From Podarcis pityusensis (Eukaryota), in assembly GCA_964106645.2 (NCBI GenBank), contig OZ067048.1: 64,000 nucleotides of DNA; one strand, written 5' to 3'. Both the position numbers and the translations under genes were made by a program. A model generated the notes under the pieces. The model did no database searches. It was not told the DNA's origin and worked only from the letters and a program-made list of their open reading frames with translations. Positions 26,676 through 38,083 of this stretch are shown one piece after another. Positions within the stretch are counted from its first letter, which is position 1. Each line of letters starts with the position of its first letter.

Positions 26676-28058
26676 AAAATCAAATATTAGAGGGTTAGCG
26701 ATGCAAGATGCTAAAAAATCAAGGTTTGTAGCATTATTCTGGACCTTTGTTTCTCCAGATTGTGCTCTAACTCCAAAACAGCAAATCTGCAGAGTTATTT
26801 TATTGCCTCTCTGTTTATGTTTTAGTGAACAATAAGTGGGATCAGTCCCTGTGTGAAGGAAGAAAGATAGAGACAGACAGACAGATAGACAGACAGACAG
26901 ACCTCAGGGCAGACCGTCTATTGTGATTCTCTTGGCTGCAAGTCATAGATACATTGATGGTGGATACCTAAATCTGAATGAAACTTTGTAAGCTGAAATA
27001 TCTGTCTTTTCTGTTCCTGGTGAGGGGTACAGAGTCCTGGCCAGGAATGTAGTGTGATACCATGCCTCCCTCAAATATGGTTCAGCAATCAAGGGGCTCT
27101 TATTTTTATTAACATGACTGAGTTTATTGCATGTTCAAAAGCAGAATTTGTGAGATCAGCAAATAATTCAGAAAAGGAGAATGCACTCAATGAAAATACG
27201 GATGTTCTCTCATTGTTTGCAGGCATTTGTCATTCGTTGGCCTTCCCGAGTTGAGTTGTTATATTTATTGCCTGAAAGGCTGCACAAGACACTGCTTAGT
27301 TAGTGGTCCATCTTGGATACAGATATTACACCTGTGCTCCAGAAAATGCTCACACTTCTAATTAATATATTGGTGCAGTGAAAGCTGTTGCCTTTGATCT
27401 ATTGCTCAGGGTTCGTGCTTTGAATCTCTACACTTTTAGATAAAATCACCTCACTGCTCCACATGTTGAACTTGGCAAATGAGTTCTAGCCCATGGTGTA
27501 AGAGGCTAGAAATATTCATCTTAGCAATAGACAGGATGTTATTCTCAGATAAGGCTTTTAATCCTGTCGTTTATCCTTTTGATCTGTCATGGGTCACTTT
27601 TGTTAATCTTCACAATAAGCAACATCTTTTTGGTGAGGGTCACAACCTGGGGCATATGTGAATATGGTGAAAGTTTGATAACAGTCCATACAAAGTTGAG
27701 GATAGGTGTCCTCCAGTTGGAGCCATTCCATCAGACTATAATGGAGGGAGAAACAGGAATGAAGGCCCTCTCCATGAGCTCTGCTAAGAGACCAGATACT
27801 TTAGGTTCTTCTTTCCCTTGAATTATTTCCATTCCAGCAGGACGTCATAAAAACTCTGTGGCTAAGAAGTCGTGTTTGAGTTTGCTTTTCCCCTCCTCCT
27901 TCCCAGTCTCACTTCCTTCCGTGTCATGTCTTTTAGACTGTAGAGCAAGGACTGCCCTGTTGCAGATATTCGAAAACTGCTCTGGGGCCTTTTTCAGTTG
28001 AAGAGTTAGGTAAAATTCCTGCAAATAAATAATTAAATAAGCAAGGATAAAGGGTACT

Positions 28059-28625
28059 TGTTGGGTTGAAATAAACGACAGACGAGTGGCAAGTGTCATA
28101 TGGGAGGCATCTCCTGAGCAAGTCTCGGGGAGTCCCTTTTATTGAATATTACAGCATTACCACATATGTGCTTGTTGCTGATTGGTTAACATGAATACAA
28201 TGCAAAGGTTGAATATAGGCATTAATCATCAATGGATTAAAGGTTGGGAAAGGGGACACAGAATTGGACAGGCGTGAAACCTCCTTATTAAACTATTAAC
28301 TAGTGATTGATTATCAAGACTTAAACTATTACTAGTGACTGATATTGCATGACGTGAAAGAACATAACTATCGCATTCCGTAGATGTGGTCAACAATGCG
28401 TTAAGAACAGGACAGGGTACACTGTTTCATGAACTCAGTGTGAACTGATCAGAACATTCCCAGATTCATGTGCAGAGGCAGAAACTTCCCAGCAGGTACT
28501 CCCTACTGATTCTCTGACTAAAGTCAGTGTGTTCTAGATTAACACATCTACAAAGGGGAAGACTAGCTTGGATCTAGAGAGATCCATGCAACGGAATTTT
28601 CCCATCTTTTTTCCTTTACACTGCA
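28059..28625 (-). mobile_element. Solo LTR (ERV/Gypsy-like)
   Basis: TG at 28059 and CA at 28620 or 28625; reverse-strand AATAAA near 28140; internal ttaaactatta(a)ctagtga duplication; flanks gtact/ggact resemble a 5-bp TSD if the end is 28625. Confidence 0.6.
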
Positions 28626-29592
28626 GGACTTTTCATCCTTGGAAAAGCCATTCTCAAGGGTTTGGGGGACTGACTTGAACAACAATGAGTTGTGGTTAGA
28701 GTAGGGAATGGATGTAACCTGAGGCTCCCCATTGCAGAAATGGAAGTGCCACTTTTTTTTTTTAGCAGTGTATAGGGAACTATGATGTGAGTTGGCAACT
28801 CATGACATACAGGTTCTTTTATGATGTGAAAATTAAAGTTCACTGCTTATGTGAAAGTTCACTTTATGGAAACCCAGTTCCTATGCAACCAGGAGTATTT
28901 AAACAATTCCCAGCTAGAATGACATAATACCTCACAATATTAATAAAAGGACTCATACATGTACAGTGTCTGAGTTCTATGAGTGCTCATCAACCCAAAT
29001 AAAGCCCAAAGATTTGATGGTGTTTTTTTTTTTAAAAAAAGCTATATTTTCTTGGTTTCTGTTCCACTCACCCCTTCCTGTGCTATTATTTAGAATAACA
29101 CAGATCCCTCATACTACTTTTTCCACTCAATAGGAAGCTGCTTTTTAGGAATCATACTCTTACAGGATATTGCTCGGAAAGTATTTGAGGTTCATTTGCA
29201 CTATATCTTTATTTATCACTGTTAAATACATTAGGGCTGCACTCTTAAACACTTCAGAGAAGACACGTGTAGGAATGTGCTGTAAATGAACCACTAATGT
29301 CTAGTTCTCCTCAGTATCAAAATACATGAAATGTATTAATTCTGCATGTATAGTTTTGAAGAATAATACTTTTTAAGGGGGATAATAATGTAAGGGGTAG
29401 CCATTTTAATTTCTTTACAGAATATATTATCCTGATTTTTCTTGATATGGAACACTACAAATCTAACCATTTAGGCTGATTTAGTTATTCTTAAACTTCT
29501 CCAAGATATTTTGGAGATTGAAGTTTTGTGAGAGTCCTGAGAGATTTCTGGTTGTTCCACCAAACTTGATGTGCCACACTTTATTTTATTTA

Positions 29593-29798
29593 CAGGTAGG
29601 TAGCCGTGTTCTCCTGTAGTCAAAACAAAATAATTCCCCCCCCCCTTCCAGTAGCACCTTAGAGACTAAGTTTGTTATTGGTATGAGCTTTTGTGTGCAT
29701 GCACACTTCTCAGAAGAAGTGTGCATGCACACAAAAGCTCATACCAATGACAAACTTAGTTGGTCTCTAAGGTGCTACCAGAAAAGGGGGGGGGGATT
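29593..29798. mobile_element. Penelope-like element terminal inverted repeat with degenerate hammerhead motifs
   Basis: Near-perfect palindrome 29651-29778: gtagcaccttagagac..gtatgagcttttgtgtgcatgcacacttct|cagaagaagtgtgcatgcacacaaaagctcatac..gtctctaaggtgctac, preceded by ggtagccgtgtt. Confidence 0.8.
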
Positions 29799-30468
29799 AG
29801 TTTATTTGTTTGTTTGCAAAAAGTGGAATGCGAGCAGAATATTATCACCGTAGAAGTCCAAATCCTTGACTGAAAATTGCAGTGGCTATACAAAATGTAT
29901 TGCAGTTTTTAGAACAGGGTTGTGCTTTTTGGGACTGTTTGCTTATTTGCTGCAGGGACATTTCCTGCAAGGTTTGGCAATGGTTTTTGAAATGCTGTTG
30001 ATTTGTACTTCTTGCTTGTTTGTGATGATGGGAACTGTTTTTAGGAATGGTTCAGGTAACTATGTGTTTGTTTGTAAGTTGCTTTGTGCTGCATTAGCAC
30101 AAAGGAAAGAATAAACAAAGTCTTTGAATAACACAGCTCTGGTACAGAGGCTTGCATCCCAGGTTAAACATGTCAAAATTCAACATTTTGGGGCTGCCAA
30201 ATGTGGGAGACTGAGTAAACTGCTTTAGGATACAAAACAGACTGGGATTGTGCACCAAAGAGAAAGAGGGAGGCCTGAAGAGATTCTGATTTACTGGAAC
30301 TTGTTAGAAAGGAATAAGCTGTTACTGTGCTGGTGCTGGGTTAAAAATGCAATCGTATTTTATTATCATTTTTTGATGACATGTGTTATAATGCCTTTGC
30401 TAACAAGAAAGCTGTATTTTGGCTGTTTGTAGATTTGGGGACAGATGTCTTGTTCTGTGTGAGCACAG

Positions 30469-30960
30469 TGTTATGTTAAGATGAGTGCCAGACCCCTGTA
30501 ATCCCTGGATCCAGCAAGTGTTGTAATTTAATCAATGCTTCTAATTCTTGGAATAGCCAGGGTAGCCTCCTGGTGAGGTGATAACCTGGGTGATGAGTCA
30601 TTAAGGGGGAGTTAAGGGGCAATAGGGTACAAAATGGCAAATGGGTAGGCGAGTTCAAAATATTGGGGAAGCAGGGATGTGATCTAGAAGTAAAGCAACA
30701 AGCTGGAGGCTGAGCAAGAGCAAGAACAATATTTGAGAGCACTAGCCTGTGACTGTGGGAGAAACACGACCCCATGGAGGTGTTCATACTGTGAACCCCT
30801 CCATCGTAGGCTCAACTTGTTTATGTGTGTGAATAAACCATATGTCATAAAGAAACCACAGTCACCACTTTGCCTCATTCCCAAAAGAAAACACAAACCC
30901 TAGGTAAGTACCAGGTATCCTGGAATCTTGCACCACTGAGAGATTGGAGTCGCATGCAAC
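30469..30960 (+). mobile_element. Probable solo LTR
   Basis: Starts TGTTATG, ends GCATGCAAC; AATAAA at ~30832; AP-1-like tgagtca; only weak flank similarity (cacag/cgtag). Confidence 0.45.
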
Positions 30961-31386
30961 CGTAGTCATGTAGAAAGACATTCCAAACGCATTCTTCATT
31001 GCAATACCCAAGAGCTAACAAACCTCTTTATTATAAAGAGTTATAAAGTATCTTTTTTATATATATGAAAAGAAAGTAACAGCCAATTTATAGGGAGGCC
31101 CATGACCTTCCATTGCACTGATCCTCCTTCGATCCAGATGTTTCAGATTACAGTCTTCATCAAAGGGTAGTAAAAGTATAAATTCATTTCACAGTAACTT
31201 CTGCAGCAGATTGCATTATCTTTTCCATTCTGCAAGGAGGAAGTGGCAACGTACACACACACAGAGAGAGTTTCAGCATGCTTGAGGAACTCCAAGATTT
31301 GCAGAAGTACAAAACATATTTAGGGGGGAACCCTAAGGGTGAGGAGCCCCAAAAACAGTCTAATGAGAACTGGACATGCTGACTGA

Positions 31387-31554
31387 GGATGTGTGCCCAC
31401 CATAAATTTAAAGCACATGGCTTCTACCAAAGAATCATGGGAACTGGCATTTACTAAGGGTGCTTGTAATTGTTGCCCTGTGAGGGACAAACCGCAGTTC
31501 CCAAGGTTCTTTGGGGAAAGTTGTGTATTTTAAATCCATGGTGTGTACACAGTC
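31387..31554. mobile_element. PIF/Harbinger-like MITE with 3-bp TSD
   Basis: TGA on both sides (31384-31386, 31555-31557); inverted ends ggatgtgtgcccaccat / atggtgtgtacacagtc. Confidence 0.75.
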
Positions 31555-33041
31555 TGACTGTGGAGGGAAGGGGGAGAGAGAAGACTGGGAGAAGAAAATG
31601 GAATTGAGGATCTTGGGTCAGGGCAAAACTGGCCAGCTGAACAGGGAGCAGTCTGCACTGCAAAATACTTTGTTTCTGCAGGATCCTCATATATAATTTT
31701 TCTATTTAAACAACAGTGTGCTACATTTGAAATACACATGGTGCGTTAAAAAAGTGCATTAGGATTCCTTCTTTTGTTCTCTAATAAAGAAAATGGGGTT
31801 CATGCCATGCAACCTAAAAAAAAAAATCCTTTGTCCATTAGGCTTTCTATATTTATGGCTCTGCCACAAGGTATGGCCAAAAATAGAAATGCATCCTCAC
31901 AATGAGGAGTGAAGCTGCCAAAAGTTATTGCTTTAGGAAATCCAAGTCACATTGGATTACCACCTGCTGCTATCAAAGCTAAACCATCACCAGCTTCATA
32001 GGAAATGGTGGGGTGAGGAAGATCAAATTCATATCAGTTTATGAAATACATTCAGGCAGTACGTTCTCAGTAAAATGATCCAAAAAAGAGAGGAAATTAT
32101 GACGGACCAAAGGTCAAGCTTGTTCGTAAGTGAAGGCATTTCCTTGGCACTTCATGGATGCATAATCTGCAAGCAGGGTAGGAAATCCAGCCTATTCTTG
32201 TTATGATATGTATATTTCTGACTAATACAAATAGCTGTACAGAGGGGAGAGGAGGAAAGGAGGTAAAGGCCCATGCAAACAACAATAAATACCAACACAT
32301 ACTCACACTGCCAAGCTAGAAGATGGAACAGATTTAAATCTGGGTTGGAACCAAAGCTTTGATGAAAGTATATCAAATGTGGGCCCAGAACTTGAATCTT
32401 TATGCTTTTTGGCAGGATTTAGGCTTCTTTTGGAATTACTTGAGAGATAGGCACCATGTTACCTGCGGCATCCTTCACTTTATGCTGGAGGCCTCCATTG
32501 TGATGTGAGGAAGTAGTGACAGGCCCAGTAGCTTGGTGCACTTATGGAAGCTAGGAGGCAGCCTACCACAAGTGGGCAAGACTCCCTCAGGTTGCACTAG
32601 CAGCAGAGTGAGGACATCGCAGCCCGCTCGGCACTTAAAGGGCTCAGAAAGGAAAGGGGAGGCCTATTGCTGCCAAGGGTGACTTGGGCTGTGCTTGGGC
32701 CTCTTAGAATAATAGAATGGAGGGCAAACTTGTAGGCCATTTAGTACACACACACAGTGGTTTGATGCACGAAATGCAGACCTGGAGTGTGTCCTCCACC
32801 CCAGTAATTGGTTCAATACATTGTTGAACTGCTCTTATAGAAGGATAGAATCTTATTCTACCCTGTGAAGCTACCCACCCCCCAGGTGGCAAGAAACTGG
32901 GGAGTCCTCTGTAATGAAAGTCAGAATCAATGTGTTCTGTGTGAGGGTAAACAGAATACAAGCAGAGGACTGACACTGGGGCAACAGCTTTTTCGAGATT
33001 GGTTTGTGGAACACATTGTACAATGTTCAGTATGTTATGTT

Positions 33042-33233
33042 TAAAAGCCTCCAATGAAGAAGAGTCCAAGGTAGTCAAACATTGTCAAACAGCTCTTACT
33101 GTCAGAAAGTTCTTCCAGATGTTTAGTTGGAATCTCCTTGCAAGTTGATTCCATTGGTTCGGAGCCTACTTTCTGGGCCCCCACAAAACAAGCTTGTTCT
33201 ATCTTCCATGTGACAGCCCTTCAGATACTTGAA
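33042..33233 (-). mobile_element. CR1 fragment
   Basis: cttactgtcagaaagttcttcc..atgtttagt..ccattggtt..acaaaacaagcttg aligns with 23290-23430. Confidence 0.85.
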
Positions 33234-35592
33234 TAGAAGAGTATCTACTGCGCTGAGCAACAATTTGGTATAATTTCAGAGTTTGCCACCCTTTATTTGA
33301 AAAAAAAACCAACTCAATTATTTCTTTTAAAAAAATTATACACTGCTTTTATTGTTGTTGTTTTTTGGGGGGGAAATCTCAAAGCAGTTTACAAAAAGAT
33401 AAAACCAGATTCATGAAGTTGCTGGGCCAATTCAAATATTACTCAGTCCACAGTGAAGAATCTAAGTAGTGTTGTTGTGTTATGGTGCTCCAGCAAATAA
33501 AACTTTTTGCAATGTACTTGATGTGTAAGTCAAAGAATTTGGTGAAATGTCTCTACTGCAGCTGCCACCGGGGAATGCAGCAATGAAGTAGCCATTTCAT
33601 GTGGCTGAGATGACTTGTGTGGTAAGCCCAGGACAAATATGATGTCTCACCAAGTGGAGAGCTTCCACACAGAAGCATTTTTTTTTCAAATATCCCCATG
33701 TAATGTGAGTCATATTTGAACTGGACTCAAGAGGTACGACACATCAAAATATAAAAGTGTGCTCTCTCACTCCTGGGGTGCCCCTTCCAGGCTCATTCAC
33801 ACCTTCCTTCTTCACTGCCCCACCCTCACTTTCTTTGAGTGGGGAAAATTATCAAAGTGCTGCTAGGTGCTTGAGAACGGGAAGGGCAGGACAATTGAGA
33901 GTGATGAGATGAGGAGATAATCTGAAGCTGAGGGTTTGACTGTGCAATCATTCTTGTTCATCTTCCTGTGAGGCAGGCATTAGTCACCATCTTTGCTGCC
34001 AGCAACCAAAAAGCCCCATCATTATCTCTACACTGACCATGTTTTAATTCCTGTGATCTTGAAAAGAGGAGTGCCAAGCAAACCTCTTCCATCATTGAGG
34101 GAGATCATACTCCCCAATATGTTTTTTCCCCCTTGGAAAAGGGCAGTATGCGGAAAAGGCATTTCTTTTGAAGGCTCAATTACTTTGGGGTGAAAACACC
34201 AGCTTGAGTCAGTGTTTGATTTCTTGGTTTGCTTATCTGACAGTTCAACCTATATCTGAAGAATGTACCTTAAGTGCACCTTTTAATATTTCATTCATCA
34301 TCTTCAGGTGAAAAACAAAACGAAAACATAATGGTCAGAATAGCTACAATGTTTGTGTGTGTTTGTGGGGGGGCTGCTGTCACAATTATCACTGATAATG
34401 GGTTCTTGCATATTCATTCTTTCAAGTTCACCAGGATGTCTCTAGATTTGACTGAAGTTAAAGAACTGCATCTGCATTCTGCAGATATCCAGCGTGGCCT
34501 TTATTTATTTGGACCAGGCTTTCTTGGCAGATGGACAACTATCTGGAGAATTTCAGAAAGGAAAGTGTGTGGGGGTGTTGTGGTGTATTCTGGGAGATTA
34601 CGAAGTTTAACTGACAGAGAGGCCTGCTGTTGGAAGGGTATATGGCTATTATTGGCTCATAGTCTTCCTAAGTGACATTTGCCATGTCGTCTGCAAGAGA
34701 ATTGCCCACTCACTGTGTGAGTGCCTGTATGGACTCATTTGGGCTTGTCTCTCTCTCTCTCTCTCTGTTTGTGTGTGTATATAAGTGCCTTTGCTGGATT
34801 TAAATTGGCAAAAGAACAATAATTTTTATTTGGAGTTGCAGCTGTGAGAAGCTCTTCCATGCTCCTAAAAGAATATGGAAGCTTCCATATCAGACTTTGC
34901 TAGAGGGCATGGTTCCATGGGTTGTCTAAAAATGTAGCTCGTAGGAAGCTGCCATATACTGAGGCTGTGTACACACCATACCTTCTGAAGCACATTAAAA
35001 GCACATGACTTACCGCAAAGAATCCTGGGAATTGTAGTTTGCTAAGGGTGTTAGGAATTTCATCTCTGGTGAGGGATAAAATGCAGTTCTTAGCCTGGGT
35101 GTCAGCTAGTCAACAAGACCTTTAGAGTGATTTCTGAGACTTCTTCTACTGAGGGGCTACCAAACCTGGACTTTTCTGGAGGAAAATCTTCCTGGGTCAG
35201 AAGGCGGCTCAGGTAAATGCCGCCTGTACCGATCTAAGGGTGCTGCTTCTGAAAATGTACCAAGATTTGGAAACCCTAGAAATACAATGATAATATAAGC
35301 CAATGTGTGGTGGTAGATTTTTGTGAATAGTGAGGTACTTGCTGCTGGACACAACCCTTCTTTTTGAGGGGCAGAGGCCAAGAATAGAAACCAAAAGTAA
35401 CCCGGCGGAACAGAAACCAAAATTGCTGACAAGGCTCTCAGGAAATGAGTTGCAGAAATCATTTTCTTGGCAAGCAGAAACTTAGTGCTAGTCGTTTGGT
35501 TGAAGGTCGAAAAGAAGGCACAAGGTTGCTAAAGAAACAAGACAAAGAAGCAGATCCATTTCCATTTGTTTAGCTAAGGATATATGCAATTA

Positions 35593-35905
35593 CAGTGGTG
35601 CCTCGCAAGACGAAATTAATCTGTTCCGCGAGTCTCTTCGTCTTGCGGTTTTTTCGTCTTGCGAAGCACGGCTATTAGAGGCTTAGCGGCTTAGCGGCTA
35701 TTAACGGCTTAGCGGCTTAGCGGCTATTAACGGCTTAGCGGCTTTAAGAAAAAGGAAACAAACTCGCAAGAACTCGCAAGACGTTTTGTCTTGCGAAGCA
35801 AGCCCATAGGGAAATTCTTCTTGCGGAACGACTCAAAAAACGGAAAACTCTTTCGTCTAGCAAGTTTTGCGTCTTGCGAGGCATTCGTCTTGCGGGGCAC
35901 CACTG
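35593..35905. mobile_element. Tc1/mariner (pogo/Tigger-like) MITE, young
   Basis: TA TSD (35591-35592, 35906-35907); 22-bp TIR CAGTGGTGCCTCGCAAGACGAA / TTCGTCTTGCGGGGCACCACTG; CpG-rich; internal ggcttagc/ggctatta minisatellite. Confidence 0.92.
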
Positions 35906-35955
35906 TACTTCAAAAAGCAGAAGACAGCTAGTGAGCACTGAGCACATACATAATA

Positions 35956-36763
35956 TGACCCAGCGGGAGGGGATGAGAATGTCCCAACTGAAAAGCCACT
36001 CCCGACATAAGGAGGGGGGTTGCGGGCTCACGCCCACCAACATCCGCGCGGGGCTGGCTGTGGTCCCGCGCGACCTGGGGAATCCTCGGGCCGCATCAGC
36101 CCCAGGGCCAGCCAATCAGCTGGCTGCAGGGGGCGGGGCTTGGGCCACTTAAGGTCGGCATGGCCCGGGATCGCCCTTTTCCTTCCCTTGCCCCAGCTGC
36201 GGTTTCCCACCCACCCTCCCTCTAGGTTTTCCTCAGATTTTGCTATGGATCTCGGTTGGTCGCCGCAAGGGGCCTGGTAGGAATTTTTCCACTTGGCTAA
36301 TTGGCATTGATTTAAAAGCCATTTGGTTTTTTCGCCTACCTCGTAGCAAATCGTCACAACGCCTTTGGTCTGGCGGTTAAGCATTGGTAGGGGCATTGTT
36401 ATGCAGATGAGTCGGGGGGGAGGAGCACCATCACCTCCCCCAAATATTTAAGGGTAGTCTGATAAAGGATTCCAGGGGGCATTGCCTTGTCCGAAACCTA
36501 TGGAGGCTAGGGCGTAAAGCGCACCCCCGAGCAGTGACCCCTCGGGGAGTGCCTAGGGATGTGCATCTCAGGGGCTCCCCCTGATGGAGTTAACCCTTAC
36601 CGGTTCTCATACCGGATAGTCTGATAGGACCAATGCCTAAAGCCAATACCACTCTTACCTGTAACCAATAAAGTTGTGGCCATTTTTTGCCCATTAACCT
36701 AAAATATTTGTGTCCTGTATCTTTATTTATTCCAACTGGCGGGGGGTGGGAATCGCCACGCAA
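35956..36763 (+). mobile_element. LTR-like solo unit, copy 2 (best preserved; possible Ngaro/DIRS-type repeat)
   Basis: CpG-rich; CCAAT and GGGCGG boxes, cccacccaccctccc, acceptor-like ttttcctcag, tagcaaatcgtcacaac, aataaagttgtggcc; ends cacgcaa; tgac at both junctions. Confidence 0.8.
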
Positions 36764-37675
36764 TGACGGAGGCAGCTATCAGGGCTGTACAACCTGAATG
36801 ACAGGAAGCGCTGGATATAGGGAAATATATACCATAAGCAAATCTTCTATCAGATGTGTTAAAATTTTACCAACTAACACAATGCTGGACTTTACAATGC
36901 TGTGTAAAGACTGCAAGTAGTTAAGTCAGCAGCCTGTAGTTAAAAGGCATAGACCTTGCCCCCACTTTTTAGTTTTATTTTTGCAGATACCCATGGTTCC
37001 CAGGATTCCTTGGGGGAAGTCATGTGCTTTAAATGTGTTGTGTGTATACAGCCTATGTCAGACCAAAAGTCTATCAAGCTCACTATTAACAACACTGACT
37101 AACAGTGGCTCTCTGGGGTTTCAGACAGGCTTCCCGGTCGTACCTGGAAATGTCTGGGATTGAACCTGAATTTTTTTGCATGCAAAACAGATGCTCTACC
37201 ACTGAGCTATCACCCTCTCCCTTACGCCTAGTTTATAGATCTGCATGCCCCCTAATCTGGTCTTCTGAGGTCAACTTGGTAAGTAAATGTAACCTAGTTT
37301 TATTAGGCTTACAAGCTTTAAATTGAATGGTTAATTGGTGAAAGATTTAATCTTGGAATAAATAGAGGCATTCATGATATGCACCGAATGTGAACTCACA
37401 GTAAAGCAGCAGCTCTCAAAACACCAGCAATTGTTAAATGTTAAAAAATTAGGACCATTTCCATTTTATTAATCTTATTTTCTCCTGCTAAAAGAAAACC
37501 CCCACCCCCCCACCTCATGGGTGTTGATCTTCCCCACCCACCCTGTGGTTTCATTTTATCGAGGATTATCTCATACACCTGACAAACTAGCTTTCTGAAT
37601 TATGAACTCAAATAGCATGCCTTCCGACTGCAGGTTCAGCAGCAGCATGAGAAATCATGGCTGATGTTGGAGGGA

Positions 37676-37706
<31 letters not shown>

Positions 37707-38083
37707 TTTATTTATATCCCGCCCTCCCCAGCCGAGGCCGGGCTCAGGGCGGCTAACAACAATAAAACAGTACAAAAGTACAGCATAAACAACAGTCTAA
37801 AATCATTCGTTATAAAATTAATTAATTCAAGCCACTGGCAACTATTGGGCCAGAGCTCCGCGAAGATTGCCGAGGGAGGGAGTCAGGCTGTGCCCTGGCC
37901 AAAGGCCTGGTGGAACAGCTCTGTCTTGCAGGCCCTGCGGAAAGATGTCAAGTCCCGCAGGGCCCTGGTCTCTTGTGACAGAGTGTTCCACCAGATCGGA
38001 GCCACAGCCGAAAAAGCCCTGGCTCTAATTGAGGCCAGCCTAACTTCTCTGTGGCCTGGGACCTTCAAGATGTTTTTATTCAG
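37676..38083 (-). mobile_element. L2 LINE 3' end (same family as 42930-46425)
   Basis: KVPGHREVRLASIRARAFSAVAPIWWNTLSQETRALRDLTSFRRACKTELFHQAFGQG is nearly identical to the ORF end at 46044-46226; same 3' stem-loop and (TAT)n tail. Confidence 0.95.

Larger units (their letters stand above)
34963..37053. mobile_element. Harbinger-like MITE split into halves 34963-35089 and ~36995-37053
   Basis: The two halves rebuild the same element as intact 31387-31554; ends ggctgtgtacacacc / gtgtgtatacagcc. Confidence 0.7.
34941..37222 (-). mobile_element. tRNA(Ala)-derived SINE split into 34941-34962 and 37057-37222 by nested insertions
   Basis: Left piece ggaagctgccatatactga joins right piece gtcagacc..ttgaacctg..tgcatgcaaaacagatgctctaccactgagcta. 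Confidence 0.65.

Noticed and set aside
35100-35592. Faint remembered resemblance of cargo translations to C18orf21/RMP24-like proteins
   Set aside because: Too weak and fragmented to call by eye; needs BLASTX.
35670-35745. Short regularly spaced repeats (CRISPR-like at a glance)
   Set aside because: No unique spacers; eukaryotic minisatellite inside a MITE.
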